From Daphnia carinata (lineage: Eukaryota): DNA of 64,000 bases. A model generated the notes under the pieces. That model saw only the letters and a program-made list of their open reading frames with translations, was not told where the DNA came from and ran no database searches. Of the stretch, positions 26,051 to 39,993 are shown piece after piece. A program made the position numbers and the translations under genes. Position 1 is the stretch's first letter. Each line of letters starts with the position of its first letter. The stretch is from assembly GCF_022539665.2 (NCBI RefSeq), contig NC_081333.1, positions 5,580,001 to 5,644,000 on the forward strand. Reading direction: 5' to 3'.

Positions 26051-27318
26051 GTCAAATAGATCGGTACGTTTTCTCCTTTATCATTTTTGCCTTCTTTTAC
26101 TTCGCAATTCTTTTCCCCCTTTTCTCCGAGCGATTCTATCTCATAACCAGTCCCTTTTTCTTCATTTTTAGCCTCCTCGAGCTCACCATTCGTCTTCCCT
26201 TTTCCTTCGCGTGAAATCATTCCCACCGCCATTTGATCCTCTTCTCGGTCCATTGGAGGTGTAGATGCCTTCCTAGGGCTACGACTTTCCCTTCTATCGT
26301 CCCTACTATAACGCGAGCGTTCTCGACTTATGTTTCTCCCCCCATCTTGGCTTCCATCTCGTCGCCTATTCTCACGTCCTCGCCGGTCCACATCACCTCC
26401 GCTTGGTCTCCTTTCGTCCTCCCCTCCTTCCCGACCGGGTGTTGGTGATCGTGGTCTCGTATTACTCAAATTGGTCTCACAAAAACGAGCAATATGACCG
26501 GATCGTCCACATCGGTGGCAGATTGGTTTTCCGTCTGCTGTTCGAGAAGGTTTGGGTTTCTCCCCCCCCCCCAGGCGTAATCGTTTAGTACCTCGTTCCA
26601 GCTCTTCTATCCGAGCTGCCCTATCGCGTACCAAATCTTTTAACTCGTCATGCGACGCGTGCCGTTTCGTCCCGTATGCTCTAACATCTCGTCATCACCG
26701 CCATCGTAAAAGCTTCGTCTTACAGGGCCTCGCCTTTCCTCAGAGTCAGCGTACGTGACTCGCCTGGTTGGAATAGGATCCTTCACTTGTCCCATAAAAT
26801 TAACTGCCTGATTTGGTTTCTCTGAATCCTCGTACACCCTAGTATAAATTTATTATTAATTTTCATTTCTCGCTTCAAAGGCTGATTAAGCCCACGCAAA
26901 AGATAATCCACTTTCTTCGCTTCAGGCATCATAGGGTTCAACCTACGGCACTGATTGAGCACGTCGTAGAAATATCCCACGACTGTCTCCGAAACCTCCT
27001 GCTTTCGACTACGTAGCCTAGCTTTATGGTAACGGTCGAAATCCTCCGATCGAAATGTATGTAAAAATCGGGTTGGTAGGCCCCTTATCCCGGGTTCGGC
27101 CTCCCTCTCAGGCGCGGCTTCACGCGGAGCAACGTCGTCCCAGACCACCGGTCCTACTGGACAAGCTAGCCAATCCTTTGCTGTACCTTCTAAGAATAAT
27201 CCAAAGTATTCCGCTTTCTCAGCGGGACCCCATCCGTTAAAATTGGCGGTCCTCTCGAAACGTTCCATTCATTCAGCGGCATCGTCGTCTGGTCCTCCGC
27301 GGAAGACTGGTGCCTCAC

Positions 27319-29004
27319 CAGGCTTGGGAACCGATACTTTGAAAAACCATTTTCGATTACGATAGCGATACCCTTGTTTTTTTCTATTTTCGAATATAGG
27401 GCGACAGTTCAGAAAAAAAGTATCGGTATCGCGATGAACGATGATTTTGCGATGATTTTATTTTTGAAAAAAAAATTGAATAAAAAAGAATACTGTACAA
27501 TAAAAGGAGCAGGAATATGAATATGAAAAATATGGATATGAAATCCAGAATACATTAGTGACTATCAACAACTTTCTTATTACTACGCAGGAAAACAAGC
27601 ATTTCAAAATTAATGTCGCCTAAAAGCGTGCGCATAGGAGTGAGAATGCGACCACCGAGAGAAAAGAGACGTTCACAAGCAGCACTTCCTGGGAGACCAA
27701 CATTATAGTAGTGGAACAGTTGCTTTATCAATGGAAATTGATTAAGGCATGAAAGCTCAGCGGTGTTCTTGGATTCAAGGTAGCGACTCAGTTCCATTTT
27801 CCAGACACTATTGGAAAAATTTTCTTGTTTTCCTCCTTTTGAAAGAAGGGTAAAAAAATCTCTTTCGTCTTCTGGTGAAACAGATTTGTTTAAACTTGAA
27901 CTTTTTTCTGCATCGATTGCCTGTAGTTTAGTTTCAATCCTTGTAATAATTTGGTTTTTCAGTTTCAAGTCTTCTTCATCTTGGTAATCCAACCAGTTAA
28001 GCTTAAACTTGGGATGAAGGGCAGCTGCCAATTGAAAATATTCTAGTTTAAAAAAGCGGTCAAAACGTTTCGAAAGGCCTTCTTGTAAAGCTTCCACAAG
28101 GGGTTTGCAAATTGCAAGTGGTGGTTCCTTTAATGCAAGTTCGGCAAGGCGTCTGCGAATCACAACTATAGTTGGCAGCAAATATCCAGATGAAACTTGA
28201 GTGTGTTGTTCCCCTTGTAAAACATCCAAAGCATAAGAAACTGGGGTCATCACTGATACATACTCAGAAATGAACAAGTAGTCTTCAGAAGTAAGAACTG
28301 GTATTTTTAAAAATTCACAAACTGCTTTCAGATTACTTTTCACTTTCTTCACGGTGACTAAATCTGATACCAAGTTGTGCACATGCTTGATTGCGTCAAA
28401 CCAAGCATTCCAACGAGTATCGTTGGGAATGACAAACAACGTTCCTAAAAACGTAAAAAAAAATAAATAAACCTAACTGCAAAATAAACATCATCATCAT
28501 CCCTTAACTCTTGAAGTTCATGTAATTCAAGAGTTAAGGGATGATGATGATGATATGAATCATACCCAATAGTTCCTTTATTTTGTCTTTACTTAAAGAG
28601 GATCGCTGTTGTTTATTAAAGATGCCTTGTAATTTCCCAATAGCTGATCTTGACTTTTTCTTGAACTGAGCGTTTGATAAGGCACTGTCTGCATCTGCTT
28701 TCGCTAAAAGACTTAATAGGTGCGCAGCACAAGGAGAGTGCATCGGTAGTCTATAAAGTTCTTCTTCGGAATCAATATTTAACAATGCAAAGTCCAAATC
28801 TGTACGGACAACATCTTCGCCATTAAAGCAATCATCTTCTTCAGCAGAGTCCGGCTCATTTATAACTGGCTCTGCTCCAAACAATTTGAACGCCTTCAAC
28901 ATGTTTGATCCTGAATCGGTAATTGTGAGGACAGTCTTATTTTCTACACCAAATTCTACATTGATTGCGTCTAGACTAGATGCAATAACATTGTATGTGT
29001 GGCA
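27319..29004 (-). mobile_element. hAT DNA transposon, 5'-truncated
   Basis: One terminus CAGGCTTGGGAACCGATAC with CGATAC subterminal repeats; flanked by TGCCTCAC/AGCCTCAC. Confidence 0.88.
27555..29004 (-). pseudogene. hAT transposase C-terminal two-thirds with one intron (~28445-28565)
   Basis: HTYNVIA, TDSGSNM, CAAHLL, TRWN, AAALHPKFK, dimerisation motif SAACERLFSLGG..FEMLVFLR; GT..AG intron. Confidence 0.92.
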
Positions 29005-29802
29005 GCCTCACGATACTGCAATGGATGAGCCGGTGCACGCTGAGCGACTCCATCGTTTCCTCTAATTTCAGCACGCTGGGCCATTTCAAGCGTTGGTGCT
29101 ATAGCGAGCGGTAAAGCTCCAGAAAAATCGTCTAACCCCTTATCACTTCCTTCCCTTGAGCACTCGTTAAAGGTTCCTTGCTTTTCGGCTACCTCCTGTT
29201 GCTCCCTCGGGTCAACACGCGTTGGTTCTCCCACACCACTATCTCTCGATCTTGCTTCCTGAACAAGCTTCCGATACCTACAAGAGCAATTTGTCCTCGC
29301 GTTCGATTCTCCGATCGGGTTCAGTGATACGATTCCTCTTCTCGGAATGATATGGCCGATCGCTTGGGCAGTCTGTGTCCCGACTTCTGTCGGGACTCTC
29401 TTTAGAGATTCCGCCTGACTTCCGTCAAGACCAACGTTACGTTGTCCTTCCTCGCTTATCGGGGACGCGGCTAACCCTCGTAAACGCCTGCTCTGCCTAG
29501 GCGGATCCGTACTCATCCACCGAGCTACGTCTCTCACTCCCACCCAATGGTAGGCCTGTCGGGCTGTCACGACGCGCTTTCCATAACTTACTCGGACGGG
29601 TTTCAACCTAACAGCGAATCAAAGAAATCGGCCAGGTCTGTGGTCCTGTACCACGGATATTTAACGCACTTTCTAGCCGGTCGGTCACACTTCCCAAGGA
29701 CCCCTAAACAGCACCTGCCTCCAAGTCCCTTATTCCCAAAACCTCCCAAGACCCGTGCGAAAAGAACAACAATTGCGCTTACCTTACTCAGCCTAACAGG
29801 TG

Positions 29803-29818
29803 TTACCCTGCATCTCCA
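29803..29818 (-). promoter_or_regulatory. Primer-binding site, tRNA-Ala-like
   Basis: TGGAGATGCAGGGTA 3 nt inside the 5' LTR, resembling the complement of the tRNA-Ala 3' end. Confidence 0.6.
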
Positions 29819-29821
29819 ATA

Positions 29822-30076
29822 TGTCACGGATATGGATCTTGTACCAAGATAGAGACGTCGTGCTTCAGATTAAAAGACAATGAGTATTTCACCAGACAAC
29901 TGCAAACTAACTGCACTAACCAATTAATCAAAAAGCCAACCAGGTGTGCCAAATCGCCCCTTTTATATCCGGCGACGAGGGTGGTGCTCCAAAAGACGGC
30001 CATAACTGGGGCGGGATTTCCGTCCTAGCGCTGTTGTCGCCACCATGTTGTCGACTCGAATATTTCCAACGCGACA
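29822..30076 (-). repeat. Gypsy 2 5' LTR
   Basis: 255 bp direct repeat of 20606-20873. Confidence 0.95.
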
Positions 30077-33000
30077 ATATTGAAACTCACTGTATCACGC
30101 TATATTCAAATTGAATAAACGTAAATTTGATAATGTTTGAATGTACATCATGAAACTGATTCTATAACACTATATTCAAATTGAATACACGTATATTTGA
30201 TGCTGTTTGAATGTAGATATTCAAACTAATTCTATAACACTATATTCACATTGAATACACGTATATTTGATGCTGTTTGAATGTAGATATTCAAACAGAT
30301 TCTATTACACTATATTCACATTAAATACACGTATATTTGATGCTGTTTGAATGTAGATATTGAAACTCAATGTATCACACTATATTCACATTGAATAGAC
30401 GTATATTTGATACTGTTTGAATGTAGATCATGAAACTGATTCTATAACACTATATTCACATTGAATACAGGTATATTTGATGCTGTTTGAATGTAGATCA
30501 TGAAACAGATTCTATAACACTATATTCACATTGAATACACGTATATTTGATGCTTTTTTAATGTAGATATTAAAACTGATTCCATAACACTATATTCACA
30601 CTGAATACAGGTATATTTGATGCTGTTTGAATGTAGATATTGAAACTCACTGTATCACACTATATTCACATTGAATACACGTATATTTGATGCTGTTTGA
30701 ATGTAGATATTGAAACTCAATCTATCACACTATATTCACATTAAATAGACGTATATTTGATACTGTTTGAATGCACATCATGAAACTGATTCTATAACAC
30801 TATATTCACATTGAATAAACATATGTTTGATGCTGTTTGAATGTAGATATTGAAACTCACTGTATCACACTATATTCACATTGAATACACGTATATTTTA
30901 TGCTGTTTGAATGTAGATATTGAAACTCAATGTATCACACTATATTCACATTGAATACACGTATATTTGATGCTGTTTGAATGTACATCATGAAACTGAT
31001 TCTATAACACTATATTCACATTGAATACACGTATATTTGATGCTGTTTTAATGTAGATATTAAAACTGATTCTATAACACTATATTCATATTGAATACAG
31101 GTATATTTGATGCTGTTTGAATGTAGATATTGAAACACACTGTATCACACTATATTCACATTGAATACACGTATATTTAATGCTGTTTGAATGTAGATAT
31201 TGAAACTCACTGTATCACATTGTATTCACATTGAATACACGTATATTTGATACTGTTTGAATGTAGATCATGAAACTTATTCTATAAAACTATATTCACA
31301 TTGAATACACGTATATTTGATGGTGTTTGAATGTAGATATTAAAACTGATTCTATAACACTATATTCACATTGAATACACGTATATTTGATGCTGTTTGA
31401 ATGTAGATATTGAAACTGATTCTATAACACTATATTCACATTGAATACACGTATATTTGATGCTGTTTGAATGTAGATATTGAAACTGATTCTATAACAC
31501 TATATTCACATTGAATACACGTATATTTGATGCTGTTTGAATGTAGATATTGAAACTGATTCTATAACACTATATTCACATTGAATACACGTATATTTGA
31601 TGCTGTTTGAATGTAGATATTGAAACTGATTCTATAACACTATATTCACATTGAATACACGTATATTTGATGCTGTTTGAATGTAGATATTGAAACTCAT
31701 TCTATCACACTATATTCACATTGAATACACGTATATTTGATGCTGTTTGAATGTAGATATTGAAACTGATTCTATAACACTATATTCACATTGAATACAC
31801 GTATATTTGATGCTGTTTGAATGTAGATATTGAAACTGATTCTATAACACTATATTCACATTGAATACACGTATATTTGATGCTGTTTGAATGTAGATAT
31901 TGAAACTGATTCTATAACACTATATTCACATTGAATACACGTATATTTGATGCTGTTTGAATGTAGATATTGAAACTGATTCTATAACACTATATTCACA
32001 TTGAATACACGTATATTTGATGCTGTTTGAATGTAGATATTGAAACTGATTCTATAACACTATATTCACATTGAATACACGTATATTTGATGCTGTTTGA
32101 ATGTAGATATTGAAACTGATTCTATAACACTATATTCACATTGAATACACGTATATTTGATGCTGTTTGAATGTAGATATTGAAACTGATTCTATAACAC
32201 TATATTCACATTGAATACACGTATATTTGATGCTGTTTGAATGTAGATATTGAAACTGATTCTATAACACTATATTCACATTGAATACACGTATATTTGA
32301 TGCTGTTTGAATGTAGATATTGAAACTCATTCTATAACACTATATTCACATTGAATACACGTATATTTGATGCTGTTTGAATGTAGATATTGAAACTGAT
32401 TCTATAACACTATATTCACATTGAATACACGTATATTTGATGCTGTTTGAATGTAGATATTGAAACTGATTCTATAACACTATATTCACATTGAATACAC
32501 GTATATTTGATGCTGTTTGAATGTAGATATTGAAACTGATTCTATAACACTATATTCACATTGAATACACGTATATTTGATGCTGTTTGAATGTAGATAT
32601 TGAAACTGATTCTATAACACTATATTCACATTGAATACACGTATATTTGATGCTGTTTGAATGTAGATATTGAAACTGATTCTATAACACTATATTCACA
32701 TTGAATACACGTATATTTGATGCTGTTTGAATGTAGATATTGAAACTGATTCTATAACACTATATTCACATTGAATACACGTATATTTGATGCTGTTTGA
32801 ATGTAGATATTGAAACTGATTCTATAACACTATATTCACATTGAATACACGTATATTTGATGCTGTTTGAATGTAGATATTGAAACTGATTCTATAACAC
32901 TATATTCACATTGAATACACGTATATTTGATGCTGTTTGAATGTAGATATTGAAACTATTTGATGCTGTTTGAATGTATTCTGATATATACACTATATTC

Positions 33001-36000
33001 ACATTGAATACACGTATATTTGATGCTGTTTGAATGTAGATATTGAAACTGATTCTATAACACTATATTCACATTGAATACACGTATATTTGATGCTGTT
33101 TGAATGTAGATATTGAAACTGATTCTATAACACTATATTCACATTGAATACACGTATATTTGATGCTGTTTGAATGTAGATATTGAAACTGATTCTATAA
33201 CACTATATTCACATTGAATACACGTATATTTGATGCTGTTTGAATGTAGATATTGAAACTGATTCTATAACACTATATTCACATTGAATACACGTATATT
33301 TGATGCTGTTTGAATGTAGATATTGAAACTGATTCTATAACACTATATTCACATTGAATACACGTATATTTGATGCTGTTTGAATGTAGATATTGAAACT
33401 GATTCTATAACACTATATTCACATTGAATACACGTATATTTGATGCTGTTTGAATGTAGATATTGAAACTGATTCTATAACACTATATTCACATTGAATA
33501 CACGTATATTTGATGCTGTTTGAATGTAGATATTGAAACTGATTCTATAACACTATATTCACATTGAATACACGTATATTTGATGCTGTTTGAATGTAGA
33601 TATTGAAACTGATTCTATAACACTATATTCACATTGAATACACGTATATTTGATGCTGTTTGAATGTAGATATTGAAACTGATTCTATAACACTATATTC
33701 ACATTGAATACACGTATATTTGATGCTGTTTGAATGTAGATATTGAAACTGATTCTATAACACTATATTCACATTGAATACACGTATATTTGATGCTGTT
33801 TGAATGTAGATATTGAAACTGATTCTATAACACTATATTCACATTGAATACACGTATATTTGATGCTGTTTGAATGTAGATATTGAAACTGATTCTATAA
33901 CACTATATTCACATTGAATACACGTATATTTGATGCTGTTTGAATGTAGATATTGAAACTGATTCTATAACACTATATTCACATTGAATACACGTATATT
34001 TGATGCTGTTTGAATGTAGATATTGAAACTGATTCTATAACACTATATTCACATTGAATACACGTATATTTGATGCTGTTTGAATGTAGATATTGAAACT
34101 GATTCTATAACACTATATTCACATTGAATACACGTATATTTGATGCTGTTTGAATGTAGATATTGAAACTGATTCTATAACACTATATTCACATTGAATA
34201 CACGTATATTTGATGCTGTTTGAATGTAGATATTGAAACTGATTCTATAACACTATATTCACATTGAATACACGTATATTTGATGCTGTTTGAATGTAGA
34301 TATTGAAACTGATTCTATAACACTATATTCACATTGAATACACGTATATTTGATGCTGTTTGAATGTAGATATTGAAACTGATTCTATAACACTATATTC
34401 ACATTGAATACACGTATATTTGATGCTGTTTGAATGTAGATATTGAAACTGATTCTATAACACTATATTCACATTGAATACACGTATATTTGATGCTGTT
34501 TGAATGTAGATATTGAAACTGATTCTATAACACTATATTCACATTGAATACACGTATATTTGATGCTGTTTGAATGTAGATATTGAAACTGATTCTATAA
34601 CACTATATTCACATTGAATACACGTATATTTGATGCTGTTTGAATGTAGATATTGAAACTGATTCTATAACACTATATTCACATTGAATACACGTATATT
34701 TGATGCTGTTTGAATGTAGATATTGAAACTGATTCTATAACACTATATTCACATTGAATACACGTATATTTGATGCTGTTTGAATGTAGATATTGAAACT
34801 GATTCTATAACACTATATTCACATTGAATACACGTATATTTGATGCTGTTTGAATGTAGATATTGAAACTGATTCTATAACACTATATTCACATTGAATA
34901 CACGTATATTTGATGCTGTTTGAATGTAGATATTGAAACTGATTCTATAACACTATATTCACATTGAATACACGTATATTTGATGCTGTTTGAATGTAGA
35001 TATTGAAACTGATTCTATAACACTATATTCACATTGAATACACGTATATTTGATGCTGTTTGAATGTAGATATTGAAACTGATTCTATAACACTATATTC
35101 ACATTGAATACACGTATATTTGATGCTGTTTGAATGTAGATATTGAAACTGATTCTATAACACTATATTCACATTGAATACACGTATATTTGATGCTGTT
35201 TGAATGTAGATATTGAAACTGATTCTATAACACTATATTCACATTGAATACACGTATATATGATGCTGTTTGAATGTAGATATTGAAACTGATTCTATAA
35301 CACTATATTCACATTGAATACACGTATATTTGATGCTGTTTGAATGTAGATATTGAAACTGATTCTATAACACTATATTCACATTGAATACACGTATATT
35401 TGATGCTGTTTGAATGTAGATATTGAAACTCACTGTATTACACTATATTCACATTGAATACACGTATATTTGATGCTGTTTGAATGTAGATATTGAAACT
35501 GATTCTATAACACTATATTCACATTGAATACACGTATATTTGATGCTGTTTGAATGTAGATATTGAAACTGATTCTAGAACACTATATTCACATTGAATA
35601 CACGTATATTTGATGCTGTTTGAATGTAGATATTGAAACTTTTGTATAACACTATATTCACATTGAATACACGTATATTTGATGCTGTTTGAATGTAGAT
35701 ATTGAAACTGATTCACATAACACTATATTCACATTGAATACACGTATATTTGATGCTGTTTGAATGTAGATATTGAAACTGATTCTATAACACTATATTC
35801 ACATTGAATACACGTATATTTGATGCTGTTTGAATGTAGATATTGAAACTGATTCTATAACACTATATTCACATTGAATACACGTATATTTGATGCTGTT
35901 TGAATGTAGATATTGAAACTGATTCTATAACACTATATTCACATTGAATACACGTATATTTGATGCTGTTTGAATGTAGATATTGAAACTGATTCTATAA

Positions 36001-39000
36001 CACTATATTCACATTGAATACACGTATATTTGATGCTGTTTGAATGTAGATATTGAAACTCCATGTTTCACACTATATTCACATTGAATACACGAACATT
36101 TGATGCTGTTTGAATGTAGATCATGAAACTGATTCTATAACACTATATTCACATTGAATACACGTATATTTGATGCTGTTTGAATGTAGATATTGAAACT
36201 GATTCTATAACACTATATTCACATTGAATACACGTATATTTGATGCTGTTTGAATGTAGATATTGAAACTGATTCTATAACACTATATTCACATTGAATA
36301 CACGTATATTTGATGCTGTTTGAATGTAGATCATTGAAACTGATTCTATAACACTATATTCACATTGAATACACGTATATTTGATGCTGTTTGAATGTAG
36401 ATATTGAAACTGATTCTATAACACTATATTCACATTGAATACACGTATATTTGATGCTGTTTGAATGTAGATATTGAAACTCATTCTATAACACTATATT
36501 CACATTGAATACACGTATATTTGATGCTGTTTGAATGTAGATATTGAAACTGATTCTATAACTATATTCAAATTGAATACAGGTATATTTGATGCTGTTT
36601 GAATGTACATATTGAAACTGATTCTATAACTTTATATTCAAATTGAATACACGTATATTTGATGCTGTTTGAATGTAGATATTGAAACTGATTCTATAAC
36701 ACTATATTCACATTGAATACACGTATATTTGATGCTGTTTGAATGTAGATATTGAAACTGATTCTATAATACTATATTCACATTGAATACACGTATATTT
36801 GATGCTGTTTGAATGTAGATATTGAAACTGATTGTATAACACTATATTCAAATTGAATACAGGTATATTTGATGCTGTTTGAATGTAGATTTTGAAACTG
36901 ATTCTATAACACTATATTTACATTGAATACACGTATATTTGATGCTGTTTGAATGTAGATCATGAAACTGATTCTATAATACTATATTCACATTGAATAC
37001 ACGTATATTTGATGCTGTTTGAATGTAGATATTGAAACTGATTCTATAACACTATATTCACATTGAATACACGTATATTTGATGCTGTTTGAATGTAGAT
37101 ATTGAAACTGATTGTATCACACTATATTCACATTGAATACACACAATATATTTGATACTGTTTGAATGTAGATCATTGAAACTGATTCTATAACACTATA
37201 TTCACATTGAATACACGTATATTTGATGCTGTTTGAATGTAGATATTGAAACTCATGTATATAACACTATATTCACATTGAATACACGTATATTTGATGC
37301 TGTTTGAATGTACATCATGAAACTCATTCTATAACACTATATTCACATTGAATACACGTATATTTGATGCTGTTTGAATGTATATATTGAAACTGATTCT
37401 ATAACACTATATTCCCATTGAATACACGTATATTTGACGCTGTTTGAATGTAGATATTGAAACTGATTCTATAACACTATATTTATATTGAATACACGTT
37501 TATTTGCTGCTTATTGAATGTAGATATTTAAACTCACTGTATCACACTATATTCACATTGAATACACGTATATTTGATGCTGTTTGAATGTAGATATTGA
37601 AACTCATTCTGAATCACACTATATTCACATTGAATACATGTATATTTGATGCTGTTTGAATGTAGATATTGAAACTGACTCTATAACACTATATTCACAT
37701 TGAATACACGTATATTTGATACTGTTTGAATGTAGATATGAAACTGATTCTATAACACTATATTCACATTGAATACACGTATATTTGATGCTGTTTGAAT
37801 GTAGATATTGAAACTCACTGTATCACACTATATTCACATTGAATACACGTATATTTGATACTCTTTGAATGTAGATATTAAAACTGATTCTATAACACTA
37901 TATTCACATTGAATACACGTATATTTGATGCTGTTTGAATGTAGATATTGAAACTGATTCTATAACACTATATTCACATTGAATACACGTATATTTGATG
38001 CTGTTTGAATGTACATCATGAAACTGATTCCATAACACTATATTCACATTGAATACACGTATGTTTGATGCTGTTTGAATGTAGATATTGAAACTGATTC
38101 TATAACACTATCTTCACATTGAATACACGTATACTTGATGCTGTTTGAATGTAGATATTGAAACTGATTTTATAACACTATATTCGCATTGAATACACGT
38201 ATATTTGATGCTGTTTGAATGTAGATATTGAAACTGATTCTATAACACTATATTCACATTGAATACACGTATATTTGATGCTGTTTGAATGTAGATATTG
38301 AAACTGATTCTATAACACTATATTCACATTGAATACAGGTATATTTGATGCTGTTTGAATGTAGATCATGAAACTGATTCTATAACACTATATTCACATT
38401 GAATACACGTATATTTGATAATGTTTGAATGTAGATCATGAAACTGATTCTATAACACTATATTCACATTGAATACACGTATGTTTGATGCTGTTTGAAT
38501 GTAGATATTAAAACTGATTCTATAACACTATATTCACATTGAATACACGTATATTTGATACTGTTTGAATGTAGATATTGAAACTGATTCTATAACACTA
38601 TATTCACATTGAATACACGTATATTTGATGCTGTTTGAATGTAGATATTGAAACTCACTGTATCACACTATATTCACATTGAATACACGTATATTTGATG
38701 CTGTTTGAATGTAGATATTGAAACTGATTCTATAACACTATATTCACATTGAATACACGTATATTTGATGCTGTTTTAATGTAGATATTGAAACTCACTG
38801 TATCACACTATATTCACATTGAATACCCGTATATTTGATGCTGTTTGAATGTACATCATGAAACTGATTCTATAACTTTATATTCAAATTGAATACAGGT
38901 ATATTTGATGCTGTTTGAATATAGATATTGAAACAGATTCTATAACACTATATTCACGTTGAATACACGTTTATTTGATGCTGTTTGAATGTAGATATTG

Positions 39001-39323
39001 AAACTGATTCTATAATACTATATTCACATTGAATACATGTATATTTGATGCTGTTTGTATGTAGGTATGGAAACTCACTGTATCACACTATATTTATATT
39101 GAATTCACGTATATTTGATGCTGTTTGAATGTAGATATTGATACTGATTCTATAACACTATTTTCACATTGAATACAAATATATTTGATACTGTTTGAAT
39201 GTACATCATGAAACTGATTCTATAAAACTATATTCACATTCAATACACGTATATTTGATGCTGTTTGAATGTAGATGTTTAAACTCACTGTATCACACTA
39301 TATTCACATTGAATACACATATA
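30077..39323. repeat. 70-bp satellite, main block (~130 units)
   Basis: Nearly invariant units from ~31400 to ~36000, more variable at the edges. Confidence 0.98.
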
Positions 39324-39993
39324 TGTAAAGCATCTTCCCGTGTGGGAAGACTGACTTTACGGAATTAAGACAATAAAAATATACTGAACTCAGAGGCGTT
39401 TTACCCACAATGATTAATATATTTTCCTAAGCTAGGTATTAGAATACAAAGGGAATTTTAATAAAGAATATAAGAATCGTCTTGCGATACAATAGGGAAA
39501 CTAGAAGTGAAGGGAGATAATTGTAATATAAGCTTACCGTGGTAGCACGAGTTGAACACGAGAACAAAACAAGTGTAAGACAAAAAATGTAACACAACTC
39601 GGCGGTCAATTAAGGGAGGCTCCAGATGATTTGAAACCGACTGTTGAAGTCGTACACACGTCCGAGACTGACTTTCTTCAGATTCCGGGTTCATCAGGAA
39701 ACTTTGCATATTGGCAAATTGGTGAGTTGCTGTGCGAGTATTTGCCACCAATCAAAGATGTTTAAAATGGCGTGATAATGGTGTGATGATGGGCGTCGCC
39801 CGTGCCGCCAATCAAAATGTTTTATAAGTGGCGTGATGCTGATGACACATGGATGCGTCATCTAGCTAGCAGGTGTTCATCTAGGTCACCCGCGCTGCGT
39901 ATGTTGTGGTGCAATTAATATGTTCACCCTTGATGATTAATCAAGATGTGAAGAAGAAGTATATGTTGAAGATGTCTATTTAGCTTTGTTACA
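39324..39993 (-). repeat. Solo LTR related to the Gypsy 1 LTR
   Basis: TG...CA; TSD TATA; minus-strand ends TGTAACAAAGCT...GGGAAGATGCTTTACA match 17347-17862. Confidence 0.88.

Larger units (their letters stand above)
26050..29516 (-). pseudogene. gag: Gypsy 2 gag, interrupted by hAT
   Basis: MSTDPPRQSRR start; REA|PVFRGGPDDDAAEWMERFER rejoins across the hAT; CCHC CHRCGRSGHIARFC in frame with protease. Confidence 0.88.
20606..30076 (-). mobile_element. Gypsy LTR retrotransposon 2 (errantivirus-like gag-pol-env) with both LTRs, inserted in satellite
   Basis: Two LTRs; TSD ATAT (20602-20605 and 30077-30080); PPT AAGGAGGGGGA next to the 3' LTR; PBS-like site next to the 5' LTR. Confidence 0.96.

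Noticed and set aside
32950..32995. Broken satellite unit in the homogeneous core
   Set aside because: Most simply a local indel or consensus join
30077..39323. CRISPR-like array
   Set aside because: Head-to-tail 70-bp units with no unique spacers, eukaryotic context, no cas genes
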